A stretch of DNA of 64,000 bases. Source: an uncultured Planctomycetaceae bacterium. Its GTDB lineage: Bacteria; Planctomycetota; Planctomycetia; Isosphaerales; Isosphaeraceae. Positions 1 through 11,397 of the stretch are shown here, piece by piece. Both the position numbers and the translations under genes were made by a program. Under the pieces are notes generated by a model. That model did not search any database. It had not been told where the DNA came from and saw nothing but the letters and a program-made list of their open reading frames with translations. Numbering within the stretch: the first letter of the stretch is position 1; each line of letters begins with the position of its first letter. The stretch spans positions 1,664,001 through 1,728,000 of the forward strand of contig CAWIAD010000002.1 of the NCBI GenBank assembly GCA_963833985.1, given 5' to 3'.

Positions 1-1769
1 GGCAGACATACAGGTCCAGGTCGCCATCGCCATCAAGGTCGGCGAAGGCCGCCGAGGTCGGCCAGTCGCGGTCGCCCGCCAGTCCGGCCGCCGCCGTCAC
101 GTCCCGGAAACGGCCCCCGCCCGCGTTGTGCAGGAGCAGGTACGACCGCCAGCGCGTGACGAAGAGGTCGGGCCGCCCATCGTTGTCGAAATCGCCGACC
201 GTCACTCCATTGCCGTAGCCCCCGGCCGAGGAGGCGATTCCGCTGCCGCGGCTCACATCCTCGAAGCTGCCGTCGCCGCGATTGTGATAGAGCCGGTCGC
301 CGTTGCCTGGGGGCGAAGGGCCGGGAGGGAACGGCCCCCCCTGAACGGCATAGACGTCCAGCCAGCCGTCACCGTCGAAGTCGAGCAGGGCCACGCCGCC
401 GGACATGGTCACGGGCGGGGCCAGGTACTTCCCCGAGCCGCCCTTCTCATGGACGAAGTTCAGACCCGCCGGCGCGGCGTCGTCACGGAACGCGACCGCC
501 GGCTCCGGGGCCGGCGCCGGGGCCGAGGCAGAGACGGATCCAACCTCGGAGCCGGCATCGGCCAGAAGGTCATGGATCAGCGGCTCGAGCAACCGCGACC
601 GATTCCCCGAGTTCCGCACCAAGGCCAGGTCTTCCGAGAGCCCTTCCGCATCGCTCCGGCCGGCCAGGATGAGCGACCATCCGCGTGCCTCCAGACTGCG
701 GCCCAGCGCCCCGGCCAGCCTGGCCAGCTCGGCGCCATGCTGGTCGCGGTCGTCGCGCATGATCGAGCTCTGCGTAGCGCGCACGAAGATGGCTCATCTC
801 GGCTTGCTGCTTGCGGCAAGCCGAGGCCTCGACGGGCTCCCCGGCAGCCTGCGCCAGCTCGGCCAGGCGGGCCCAGCCCAGGGTGTATCCCGGCTCGGCC
901 GCCACCAGCTCCAGCAGACTGTGCCGCTCGGCATCCGCACCGCGCCGGGCGGCGAACCAGGCCCGCAGCCGCAGGACATCGGCCTGCAACATCCAGCTCG
1001 TATCGAGATGCTCGGCCGCACTCCGGGCCGCCTGGGCGTCTCCGCAGGCCAGGGCCAGCGTCAGCCGCGCCTGCCAGACGGCCGGGTCGGCGGGCCGGCT
1101 GCGCTCGCAGGAATCGAGCCAGGACCGGGCCTCGTCATACTGACCGCGCCAGGTTGCCAGGTTTGCCCGGCCCAGCCAGACACGGTCATCATTCGCATCA
1201 CCATGGGCCAGCGCGTTCTTGACGTAATCTAGCGGAAACGGCCCATCCTCGAGCATGAACAGCTTCGAGAGCACCTCGGAGGGACTGGCCGCGCCGGGCC
1301 ACGATTCCACGATCAGTGCGCGTGCTTCCGCGTCACGCCCCTCAACGCGGAGCAAGAGCTCAAGCTGGTGCCGCACATGTCCGGAGTAGGCACCGCGGTC
1401 GCGGGGCAGCGTCCGCAGCAGGTCCTCGGCCTGCGCGAACTTCCCGGAATTCATGAGGACGAGCACGCGCCCGATGGCCGACTTGATGAACAGAGGCGAG
1501 CTGGTTTCGATGCGCGACCAGACATTCAAGGCCGCGGCCCCGTGGCCCAGTTTCTCCTCGCACAGGCCGAGCTGGTACGCGGCCTCGGCCGATGCCGGTT
1601 TCCGCTTCGCAAGCTCGAGGAAGTGCTGCCGGGCCAGGTGGTAGCGGCCGTTCTCCAGCTCTTTCTCGGCCTGTGCCAGGTCGCGGCGGAACCGGCGCTC
1701 CTGGGCCCAGTACCAGCCCGCCGAGAGAGCCGCGGCGAGGCCGAGCAGCAGGACGAGCGATCTGGTCAT
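1..1769 (-). CDS. TPR + FG-GAP repeat (CRTAC1/ASPIC-UnbV-like) exported protein; runs off the window start, apparent frameshift near 760
   Basis: ATG at 1769 (MTRSLVLLLGLAAALSAGW, signal/anchor), then TPR-like helices in ORF 570..1982. The minus strand of 1-500 encodes FG-GAP motifs DFDGDGWLD, DFDNDGRPD and DLDGDGDLD. Confidence 0.8.
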
Positions 1770-1904
1770 GGAGAGCGCGGGCAAGGAACGCACCTCGAAG
1801 CCGGCCACAAGCTGTGCTGGAAGCGCTTCCCAATCTATCATCTTCGCGCGGCCTGAGCACTGCGTGAAACGCAGTCCGGGGTACGCGGACCAGCGCCCAT
1901 GGCC

Positions 1905-1974
1905 CAATACCGTTGAAATAGCGTTAACGAAAAGGGGCAAGAGGCTTGCGACAGACTTGTTCCCACGCTCCGCG
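1905..1974 (+). mobile_element. MITE 'L' arm (copy A), terminus CAATACCGTTGAAATAG
   Basis: 70 bp, near-identical to the reverse complement of 3557-3626; ends in the REP-like half GTTCCCACGCTCCGCG abutting the IS. Confidence 0.75.
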
Positions 1975-3556
1975 CTTGTCATTCCCGAGAATTTGTTAAC
2001 ATGGTTGGCTGAATCCTACCAGCATGCTCATGGATGGAACCAACTATGTTCACAGGGATGTCAGTCCACCAGTCCCCGCCCGCCCAATGGGCTCGGATGC
2101 AGTTCGACGGGATCAGGCTCGGCCATTGCACCAGGAGGAATCGCCTCATGGCGTTTGCGGAGGCCCTCGCTGAGCAACCCGGGAAGATGATCCCCGAGTT
2201 GTTCACCCGCAAGTACGACATCAACGCGACCTATGACCTCCTCGACGAACGCGAGGTGGTCCCCGATGCGATCCAGGCGACTCACCGCCGACTGGTGATG
2301 GCCGAACTCCGCAAACCGGGGCGATATCTCCTCATCGAAGACACCACGTTTCCCTCGTTCTCTCATCGCAAGCAGCCAATGCCCGGGCTTGGGCCGATTG
2401 GTGACTCGGAGCCGGGACAGCAGGGCTTTCTCCTCCACTCCATCCTTGCGATGCGTGCCGACTCGTCGCCCGTACCTGATGCGAGCGGTCGTCGGCCCCC
2501 GGTCACGATCCTGGGGCTCGCCGACCAGCAATACCTCATCCGCATCCCGCGGGATCCCGACACGCCGAAACAGGCCGGATCGCGGCAACGGCAGATCCGG
2601 GATCGGGAGTCGGATCGCTGGCTCGAGTCGGGCAAGCGGATTGGCCCGGCGCCAGAGAACCCGGAGGTCCGCTGGGTGCGCGTCGCCGATCGAGAGGCAG
2701 ATATTCATGAGTACATGGAGTCCTGTCGCGCGGCAGGCCACGGTTTCGTGATCCGGGTCAGTCAAAATCGCATTCTGCTCAATCCGGCCGATGGTAAGCG
2801 GCTCGGGCTGGTCTTCGACCACATCGTGGGCGTGGCGCCCGTGGGGGGAATGTATCTGGACCTGCGTGGCCGCGATGGTAAGGCCGCGCAGCGCGCGAAG
2901 CTCCTGATCAGTTGTGGTCCGGTGCGCGTGCGGGCACCCGAGCGTGCGGGCCGCGCGGCCGGCACGGGCGAGCCGATCGACGGCTGGTTCGTGCGGGTCT
3001 GGGAGCAAGACCCGCCTGAAGGCGTCGCGCCGCTGGAATGGGTGCTCTACACGGACAGCCCGACGGAGAGCTTCAGCGCTGCGATCATGGTGGTGATGGA
3101 CTACGGCACACGCTTTCTGATCGAGGAGTTTCACAAGGGCCTCAAGACGGGCATGAAGGCTGAGGATTTGCAGCTGGAGCGGGGCAACCGATTGTTCGCT
3201 GCGATCGCCGTGATGAGCGTGGTGGCGCTTCGGCTGCTGGATCTGCGCGAGCTCGGCAAGGGCTTCCCGGGAGCTCCCGCGGCAAGCACTGGCCTGGAGG
3301 AGCCCGAGCTGGAGGTGCTCGGTCTGGCGGTCGAGCGTGAACTCAAGACCGTGGCAGACGTGTTGCTTGCCCTGGGGCGGCTCGGTGGGCATATGAACCG
3401 GCGACGAGACGGGATGCCCGGCTGGATCACGCTCTGGCGCGGCATGAAGGTGCTCCGGCTCCTCGTAAGGGGAGCAAAGCTTGAGCGCGCGAGAATCAAT
3501 GCACATGTACACCACTAATTGAATACGCATGCATGCAGTTTTCCGGGAATGACAAG
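1975..3556 (+). mobile_element. IS4-family (IS50/Tn5-like) insertion sequence, copy 1, 1582 bp
   Basis: 13-bp terminal inverted repeats CTTGTCATTCCCG / CGGGAATGACAAG; near-identical inverted copy at 21091-22671. Confidence 0.9.
2034..3518 (+). CDS. IS4-family DDE transposase (Tn5/IS50-like)
   Basis: N-terminal W..F....LG..RR..RL DNA-binding motif; IEDTT, VADREADI and YGTRFLIEEFHKGLKTG (YREK signature); C-terminal LGRLGG...PGW..LWRG dimerisation motif. Confidence 0.95.
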   Translation: MEPTMFTGMSVHQSPPAQWARMQFDGIRLGHCTRRNRLMAFAEALAEQPGKMIPELFTRKYDINATYDLLDEREVVPDAIQATHRRLVMAELRKPGRYLLIEDTTFPSFSHRKQPMPGLGPIGDSEPGQQGFLLHSILAMRADSSPVPDASGRRPPVTILGLADQQYLIRIPRDPDTPKQAGSRQRQIRDRESDRWLESGKRIGPAPENPEVRWVRVADREADIHEYMESCRAAGHGFVIRVSQNRILLNPADGKRLGLVFDHIVGVAPVGGMYLDLRGRDGKAAQRAKLLISCGPVRVRAPERAGRAAGTGEPIDGWFVRVWEQDPPEGVAPLEWVLYTDSPTESFSAAIMVVMDYGTRFLIEEFHKGLKTGMKAEDLQLERGNRLFAAIAVMSVVALRLLDLRELGKGFPGAPAASTGLEEPELEVLGLAVERELKTVADVLLALGRLGGHMNRRRDGMPGWITLWRGMKVLRLLVRGAKLERARINAHVHH

Positions 3557-3626
3557 CGCAGAGCGCGGGAACAAGTCTGTCGCAAACCTCTTACCCCTTG
3601 TTGTTAACGCTATTTCAACGGTATTG
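3557..3626 (-). mobile_element. MITE 'L' arm (copy B), inverted
   Basis: Ends CTATTTCAACGGTATTG; paralogue of 1905-1974 with a few mismatches; flanked by ATCGTACACCC, the reverse complement of the flank at 22739-22749. Confidence 0.75.
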
Positions 3627-3684
3627 ATCGTACACCCGGAACCCGCCCGCCGCGACTCCCGCGAAGGTATTGTGTGCTCAAGGT

Positions 3685-5069
3685 TCAGCGACCGGCGGCC
3701 TGGCCGGGGAAGCCTGAGGCCGGGCGAGAGAAGCTTGAGGCCGGGCCGCTCGCGGCCGTTACGGACGCGTCGGCGCGGCTGCCGTGGGCGGCGAAGAATG
3801 CGATCGCGCGGGGAATGCCGTCGCGAATCATGGGATCGTAGTGGCCGCCCGCCGGTACCCACTCCACCGTCACTTCCTTCCCCGCGCTCTGGAGCGCGGA
3901 GGCAAACGCCTGGGTCTCGCTCACCGGGATGATCGGGTCGTCCTTGGCCTGGAAGAGCAGGACCGGGCACTTCATCGCGCCGGCGTGCTGCGCAGGATTG
4001 TACGTGGTGAGGATCTCGGCGGCGGCAGGAATGACCTGGCCGATCACCGTCCGGGCCATCGCGCTGAAGTTCCCCGTGGTATCGGAGCGCGGGGAGAACG
4101 CCGCGCAGGCCTTGATCCGCGCGTCGTTCTCGGCCAGCAAGAGTGCCATGGTTCCCGCCGAGCTGTGACCGGCGGTGTAAAGGCGACTCGGGGTCGATCT
4201 CGGGGAAGTTCTTGAGCGTCCAGTCGATGGCGGCCCTGGCGTTGGCCAGGCCCGCTCGCGCGGCGACGAATTGCGCAGGCTGGCGGCAGCCGCGGGTCGG
4301 AGAGCTGGTTCACACCGTCAACGTGGCCATCCAGCGAGTACGACACCACGGCATGGCCCGCGGCGACGTAGGGGAAGTGCTCGGCGCGGTCGCCGTCACC
4401 GAGGTCCATCCCGGTGAGGATGATGCTCCCCGCCGGCGCCACAATGACGCACGGGAGCGATCGGGGTGGATGGGTGCCATCGGGAAGGTACACCCAGACC
4501 GTCATATTCATGGTCGCCACATCCTGCCGCCCGGAGGCGCGGACCTGGAAGACGCGAATGCCGGGCCGGATGACCTGTCCCGCGTCGCGTTCCGGGAACG
4601 GGGGCGGGCCGGCCGGTGCCGAGATGACGGCTTGAGGTATGATTGGTGGCGGAACTCCCTGGTCCCCCGCGGGGTTCGCCTGGTTTCCGCGATTCAACCG
4701 CAGCACCACGCGCAGGACAATCATGGCGAGCACGAAGGCACCCCATGAGAGTCCCTTCCGGCTGGTGCCGGAGCCCCCTGCCGCCTTCGCTTTCGCGCGT
4801 CTCTTCACCTCGGCCTTCGTCTTCGGCCCGCTCGCGCCGGGCCCGGCCGCCGGGACAGGCGCACGCGGAGGAAGCATCGGCGCTGGCTCCGACAGCCCGT
4901 ACACGTCCTCGAGCGCACTGACCTCTTCGACTTCCTCGGGCTCCTCGGAGGCCAGCGCAGGCACCTTGATCGCCGCGCCGCAGTGCTTGCAGCGAACGGT
5001 CTTGCCCGCGAACTTCTCCGCCGCCTGGAAACGCTGGCCGCACTGGGTACAACTGAAGGAGATGCTCAT
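3685..5069 (-). CDS. Zn-ribbon + transmembrane + alpha/beta-hydrolase (S9-like) protein, frameshifted near 4170-4270
   Basis: ORF 4044..5069 begins CTQC...CKHC with a TM helix; ORF 3685..4149 has hydrolase-like PVLLFQAKDD and GGHY motifs; a GHSSAG-like nucleophile region spans the break. Confidence 0.7.
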
Positions 5070-5241
5070 CTTTCTACAGGCCCGAAGGGACTTGCGTATG
5101 ACGTCAGGAAGACGATGAGCCTGGAATCATGCACGGTGGTGTGGACGCCGTCAAGAGGTTGCACGGCAACCGGAATGGCGATGTCGAATCAGAGCCACAG
5201 CCGTTGCCGCACCCCCGGCCGGGGTGCGAGTGCACCTGGAG

Positions 5242-8200
5242 TCAACGCGCGGGGCGGAACCTCCAGTCAACGTGGCCAGCGTAGGCAAATGTCTCATCAA
5301 CCAGGGCGAAGAGATCCGGGTCGTGTTCCTTGAGCGCTGCGCGGCCTGCGATCGGGTGTGACGAGCCGGGCGGAGCGGCTTCCTGGCCCATGGCGTCGAA
5401 GTAGGCCAGCACGCCGCTGGCCCAGTATTCCTCGGGGTCGCGCGCCGCGGTGGTCCCCTGCCATTTTCCGGACGCGATGGCCTGCCGGTAGAGCTGAGCG
5501 ACCGTTGCACCAAACCGGACATCGAGCCGCTTGACTCGCAGCTCGTATTGCTGAACGGCCCAGCCGCGATGGTCCCAGTTGGGGTCGACGGGGCGGCTGC
5601 CCGTGACGGCGAGTGCGGCACGGGCAAGCAGGCGGATCACCTGATTCGATCCGACTCCCGGCTCCGCGTGATCTCCGAGCACGTTCTGCTGGTCCACGAC
5701 GACCGTCTTCGTCTCGGGCGTGTACTCGAGGAACCGCACCAGGGGATCGATTGGCTTGCTGCGGAAGTCGCGGTACTCGGGCAGCTCGTCAATCCGCTCT
5801 CCCGGGGCAAGGACCACGAGCTTGACGCCCGCGGCGATGAGCGCCTTGAGGATGTCGTGCCGGTAGGCGAACAGCTTGCGGACGGTGTCATTGGCCTTGA
5901 GCATGGCCTCGTCGCTGGCGCCCCGGCCCACGACCGGAAACTCGCGGGCCCAGGTGAAGCGGGTGTAGAACGGGTCGATTCCCAGTTTCGCCGGAGGCGC
6001 GGCGACGTTCGGCAGCTTCTGCACCCAGCGGTAGCGCCAGTCGTGTTCAGGATCGAGGTTGAAGGTCGTGCGGGCAAGCTCGTAGCCTTCCGGGTCGTAA
6101 AGCTTGAGCTGCTCGCGCGTGCCGACGGGGCCGTGGTTCCAGTTGTTCACCCGGTTGCAGTCGAAGTACGACTGAACGATCTCGGCCCAGTATTCGCCGG
6201 GGTTGCCGGCGGCATAGGCGCCGCGGTACCGGCCCTTCGCGATCGCGTTTTTGTAGACGGACCGGAGCCGGCCGCTCCACGCCGGGTCCATGCCACGCAG
6301 CGTGCCATCGATCGTGTGCGAGAACTCGTGAACGGCGATGCTCTCGTCGTCATAGCGGTCGAGCGGCAGCGAGAGCACGTTCTCCTCGCCGAAGCTGGTG
6401 GGCCGGCCGCCGGTCCCGCGCACCCGTTCGTTCTGGTAGGCAGGGTTGGGATGGTGCCGGTACTCGGGCATGTCCGTGTAAACCTGGTCCTTGCCGATGA
6501 CGATCAGGTACATCTGCGCTTGACCATCGCGCGGATGACGTCGGGCCGGCCGGCCAGCATCGAGTGGACGATCTCCCGGGTACGCTCGAGCGCGCGGTCG
6601 GCGACCTCGGCCGCGGCCGCCACGGGCATGCCGTCGACCTCGAGATACTTCCTGTAGAATGCGCGGGCCGCCTCCCGGTCGCCGGCGGGAACCATCGCGA
6701 AAAACGAATCCGGCGGTGGCGTCACGGCCGCGCCGCTGCTGGTGGACTCTCCACGTGCCGTGTCGACGCGGACGGCCGGCGCGGAGGGCTGTGTCGGCGC
6801 ATTGCGATCGGGGGGTTCCTCGTGGAGCAGGTGCCGGACGAAGAAGTCCTGCATCCGCCGCGTGCCGTAGGCGCCGCCGATGCCGTGGTTGGCGTTCGGC
6901 ACGACAACCAGGTCGAAGTCCTTGCCGGCGCGGATCAGGGCGTCGGCCAGGCGGAGGGTGGACTCGGGGGGCACGTTGGTGTCCATCTCGCCGACGATGA
7001 GCAGCAGCTTGCCGCGCAGCCGCCGGGCGTTGTCGATGTTGGAAGACTCGGCATACCAGGGGCCGACGGGGTATCCCATCCACTGCTCGTTCCATGAGGC
7101 CTTGTCCATGCGGTTATCGTGGCAGCCGCAGGCGGCAGCGGCCACCTTGTAGAAATCGGGATAGAACAGCACCGCGCCGGCGGCGTTCTGTCCGCCCGCG
7201 GAGACGCCGTAGACTCCCAGTCGATCGAGGTCGTAGTAGGGGTATCTGGCTGCGACCGCCCTGTGCCAGAGGATGCGGTCGGGGAAGCCGGCATCCTTCA
7301 AATTGTGCCAGCAGACGTCGTGGAACGCCTTCGACCGGTTGGCCGTTCCCATGCCGTCGATCTGGACGACGATGAAGCCCAGGTCCGTGAGCGTCGAGTA
7401 ACGATTGAAGGGGCTGAAGGTCTTGGGCACGTAGGAGTCTTGCGGACCGGCATAGATGGACTCCACGACCGGATAGCGGCGGGACGGGTCGAGATGCCGC
7501 GGCCGGGCGATCACGCCGTAAATCTCGGTCTTGCCGTCCCGGCCCCGGGCGCTGATCGGTTCCAGGGGCTGCCAGCCGCTCGACCGCAGCCGCGTGATGT
7601 CGGCCTCTTCGAGCTTGCAGACGAGGCCGCCATCGGAGCACCGGCGCAGCTCGTGGACCGGCGGCACATCGACGCGGCTGTACGTGTCGATGAGGTACGA
7701 GCGGTCGGGCGAGAACTGCACCGAGTGGCTGCCGTTGCCCGCGGTGAGCGCGACCAGCCCGGTGCCGTCGAGGTTGACGCGGTAGAAGTGCACGAAGTAA
7801 GGGTCCTGGCCGGGATTCTTGCCTCCCGCGTGGAACCAGACCTGGCGCTTCTCCTCGTCAATGAAATCGATGCCTCGCACGACGTACTCGCCCCGGGTGA
7901 TCGCATTCTTGACCTCGCCCTTGCGGGCGTCGATGAGGTAGAGGTGACGCCAGCCGTCGCGCTCCGATGCGTAGAGGATCTCCGGGGACCCGTCGAGATA
8001 GTTGACGGGCCTGAGGTCGACGTTCTCGGCGTGGGCCGTCCAGATGAACGTCCTGGTCTGCTCGTCGATCAGGTTGCGGGCCTTGCCGGTGTGCGCATCG
8101 ACCTCGATCACCCGCAGTCTCTGATGGCCGCGGTCGATCTTCTCGTAGGTGAACCGGCTGCCGTCCTTGCTCCAGCGCAGCCGCGGCTCGTCGTAATCGA

Positions 8201-9150
8201 CGCGTTCCACCTCGGGTTTGGTCTGCTTTCGTGAGCCGATGTCGAAGAGGTTCAGCTCGTAGGCCGCGAACCGGTCGCCCGGCAAGTCGTAGGGCCGGGT
8301 TCGCAAGCGGGCTCGGCCCCCGCCAGAAGGAGAGGACTGGATCAGGTAGACGTCCTTGTGATCGCCGGGCTCGATACGATGGGCCGCCAGCAGCTTCGAG
8401 TTCGGAGACCAGGACAGCCTGCCGTACGAGAGCTTCTCCTGGCCGTCATGGCTCAGCGCCACCGCCTGCGAATCCGCCTGGTCTGTTGCGCAGCATGACG
8501 TTGTGGTCCTTCACGAACGCCATCCACTTGCCGTCGGGGGAGTGGCGCGCCTCAGCGCCCGCATCTCCCGCCTCGCCAGAGAACCGAGAACGCCGCCGGG
8601 GACTCGCGGGAGCCTCCACCGGAGCATCACCCGCAGCGCCCCTGGTACATTCGTAGCTCGACAGGTCGCACTTCCAGACGGTGTCGTCGATCTTGAACCG
8701 GAGCGTCTTGCCGTCATCTCCGAACGCGATGAGGTCGAACGGCAGGCGCTTGGCGGCCACCGCACGTCCGAGCGCCTTCGTCGAGCGCGGTGGCCAGCCG
8801 CGCGTGATCGAATGCCGGGCGCGAAGTCCCCGCGGCGCGTCGACGACGATGAACTCGCGGGCTTCGCCGGCCAGGTCGTTGAGATACCAGAAGCGCGCGT
8901 TGCCGGCAAACCAGTGGGGTCGGATCTGATCCTTATCAACGAGCCGCGGCCCTGAACCCTGCGCCCGCCGCGCCTGCGGTGCATCTTGCGGCGCGAACCA
9001 GGGGTCGCCGGGCGGCGGATCCAGGCCCGGGGATTCCACGGGTGCCGTGGCGGCAGCGCCAGCGCTCGTGGTATCGTCCGCGAGAGCGCCGTGGTATGCG
9101 GTGACCAATGGAAGCGATGCCAGGAATACGGCAAGCCAGAACCGGATCAT
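5242..9150 (-). CDS. Secreted DPP-IV-like S9 peptidase fused to two zincin-like domains; frameshifts near 8800, 8460 and 6510
   Basis: Signal peptide at 9150; DPPIV_N propeller; GVSAGG nucleophile, MDTNV Asp and NANHG His in ORF 6504..8462; HEFSH...EYWAE in ORF 5242..7095. Confidence 0.8.
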
Positions 9151-9440
9151 GGAACTCTCCCGGAGAACGCGAAACGACGGCGGCCCGCTCCGCGGACAAT
9201 CGAGACGCTACGGCGAAGCGCGCCTGGTTTGTTCCGAGAGTAACAGATTTCGGGCCGTCCGTTAGTCCTCACCCGGCGCGCGGATGCCGGCCGGACAACG
9301 GCGGCTGAGCAGCCGGGTCCAGTCGCCGCGGGTTTGTCTCAATAAAGCCGGTTGCCGCACGAATCGATTGTCGCGGAAGGCGGCATCCCCACTCGCGATC
9401 AGACCGCAAGACCGGACCATCCGGACCAGGAGAGACTCCA

Positions 9441-10154
9441 GTGCGCTACCAGATCCACTATCAACCCTCTTTCAGCATGGCGGTCGTGTCGCTGGAGAGG
9501 GGTGAGCAGATCATGGCCGAGTCCGGAGCCATGGTGAGCATGTCGCCGACGATCCGGATTCAGGCGGCGATGTCGGGTGGCGGGCTGCTTGGCGCCTTCA
9601 AGAGTGCGGTCGGTGGAGAGTCGATCTTCCGGACGACCTTCACGGCCGAGGATGGCCCTGGCGAGATCGCCCTCGCTCCCGCGGCTCTCGGCGACATCAT
9701 GGCGGTCGAGGTGGCCGGCTCGCGCTACTTTGTCCAGCCAGGCAGCTACCTGGCAGGCGACCCCGGCCTGACCTTGAGCGTTCAGGGCACGATGCGGGGC
9801 ATGCTCTCCGGCGAGGGTCTCTTCCTGCTGACCGTGGACGGCAGCGGCCTGCTGCTACTCTCTTCGTTCGGAGCCATCCACACGAAAACCCTGGCTCCGG
9901 GCGAGGAGTATATTGTCGATACCGGGCACATCGTCGCCTTCGAGGGCTCGGTCGGCTACCGTCTCGAGAAGGCGACCGGAAAAAGCCAGGGAGTCGGGGG
10001 CTTCCTCAAGGGGATGGTCCAGTCCGCGCTTTCCGGCGAAGGGTTCGTCTGCCGCTATCGTGGTCCTGGCAAGATCTACATCCAGACGCGGCAGTTGCCC
10101 GGTTTCGCCCGCCAGCTCATTCCGTTCCTTCCGCGGCCGAGCTCCGGAGGATGA
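9441..10154 (+). CDS. TIGR00266/AIM24 family protein
   Basis: AESGAMVSMS, GGESIF, GEGLF, VDTGHIVAF and GPGKIYIQTR motifs. Confidence 0.9.
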   Translation: MRYQIHYQPSFSMAVVSLERGEQIMAESGAMVSMSPTIRIQAAMSGGGLLGAFKSAVGGESIFRTTFTAEDGPGEIALAPAALGDIMAVEVAGSRYFVQPGSYLAGDPGLTLSVQGTMRGMLSGEGLFLLTVDGSGLLLLSSFGAIHTKTLAPGEEYIVDTGHIVAFEGSVGYRLEKATGKSQGVGGFLKGMVQSALSGEGFVCRYRGPGKIYIQTRQLPGFARQLIPFLPRPSSGG

Positions 10155-10166
10155 GCAGACGGATCG

Positions 10167-11024
10167 TCAGGCGCGCCTCGGCTCGGAGTCGGCTGCGGAC
10201 GCGAAGCCGAGTGCGGCCAGGCGGGCCACCACCTGGGCGTACAGCTCCGGGATCGGCGGGCAGAGCGAGCCGGGCGCGGGGGTCATCCAGTTCATCTGGC
10301 GTAGGTGATCGGTCGGCCACGAGGGCAACGGCGTGCCGAAGGCGAGCGCGGAAGCGACCGACACGAGACCGTCGTTGGGTCCTTCCAGCTCGCTCAGCAT
10401 GGCGTGCAGGCGATGCAGGGGCCATGTGACTTCCGCGGCCGGTGGATCGCCAGCCAGGCTGAAGCAAGGAAGATCGCCGATCTCCCCTTGCAGGCGATGA
10501 AACCGCCGGGCCGACTGCCTGGTGATATCCAGGAAGCCCCGGGGATCCAGCCTCAAGAGCTCCAGCAGGCGGTACACACGGCCGACCCGCAGCTTGGCGA
10601 AATCGGCCAGATGCGTGCCCAGGTGCGGCGTGCCAATGGTCGTCAAGCTGAGCACGCGCTTCCGCCAGTAGGGGTCGGCAAGCAGCAGGCGGGCATCGAG
10701 GCCGCCCATGCTGTGGCCGATGATGTGAACCGGCTCGTCCGGATAGGCGCGGCGGATGCGGTCGCCCAGCCGCCGGGCCCGGAACTCCACGCCGGCGATG
10801 GGATGAACCCGCGTCACCAGCACGCGGTTGCCGGCCGCCCGCAGGTAATCCGGAATCCCCCGGAAGTACGACGTGAGCGTGAGCGGCCCCAGGCCGATGC
10901 GCGAGAAGCCGAAGAGACCGTGTGCCAGCACGAGCGGGGCATGCAGCCGTGCAACCGGGGAAGGCGGTTCGCAGGCGATGTACGACGACGCGGATGCCAT
11001 GGGACTGCCAGGGATGAACTGCAT
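10167..11024 (-). CDS. Triacylglycerol lipase/esterase (alpha/beta hydrolase)
   Basis: LAHGLFG oxyanion motif, GHSMGG nucleophile, TPHLG and NDGLV. Confidence 0.88.
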   Translation of the reverse strand: MQFIPGSPMASASSYIACEPPSPVARLHAPLVLAHGLFGFSRIGLGPLTLTSYFRGIPDYLRAAGNRVLVTRVHPIAGVEFRARRLGDRIRRAYPDEPVHIIGHSMGGLDARLLLADPYWRKRVLSLTTIGTPHLGTHLADFAKLRVGRVYRLLELLRLDPRGFLDITRQSARRFHRLQGEIGDLPCFSLAGDPPAAEVTWPLHRLHAMLSELEGPNDGLVSVASALAFGTPLPSWPTDHLRQMNWMTPAPGSLCPPIPELYAQVVARLAALGFASAADSEPRRA

Positions 11025-11154
11025 TCGGCCGGCTCAAGAAAGCTCTATGAATCGATAGAGACAGTATAGACTATGGGTCAGTGGGGTGCGTCGTGATTCG
11101 CGTCACGGAAGGGGGAGTGATGCAGGTCCGAGGAATCGTGCAGGCGCCGAGCTG

Positions 11155-11397
11155 ATGGAGAACCCTCCCGGCAGCGATCGGATCGAGATGGTTCTCTGGG
11201 GTCAAGGAGTGGGCCCGAACAAGCCGCGGAGCATCGTCGTGCCCTATGAACTGCTGCTCACCGACACGTCGCTCGAGCCGGAACGCGTTCAGGGGCACGG
11301 CTTCGAGGCGGAGGTCGAACAGGAAGAGAGTGGGCGCTGGATCGCGCGGGAGATTGGCTTTGCCTCCGGACGGGTGCTCCGCCTAGGCGACGGGTAG
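11155..11397 (+). CDS. Small hypothetical protein
   Basis: MENPPGSDRIEMVLWGQGVGPNKPRSIVVPYELLL... is globular-looking and fills the gap between two genes; start uncertain. Confidence 0.5.
   Translation: MENPPGSDRIEMVLWGQGVGPNKPRSIVVPYELLLTDTSLEPERVQGHGFEAEVEQEESGRWIAREIGFASGRVLRLGDG

Noticed and set aside
2061..3530. Long antisense ORFs (also 25135..27261, 41127..42980, 47793..49880, 54087..55382)
   Set aside because: These are shadow ORFs opposite well-supported genes, as expected in high-GC DNA, and they carry no motifs.
1905..3626. A single IS with ~82-bp terminal inverted repeats
   Set aside because: The outer arms differ between the two loci and the flanking duplications do not match within a locus; the nested-plus-inversion model explains both.
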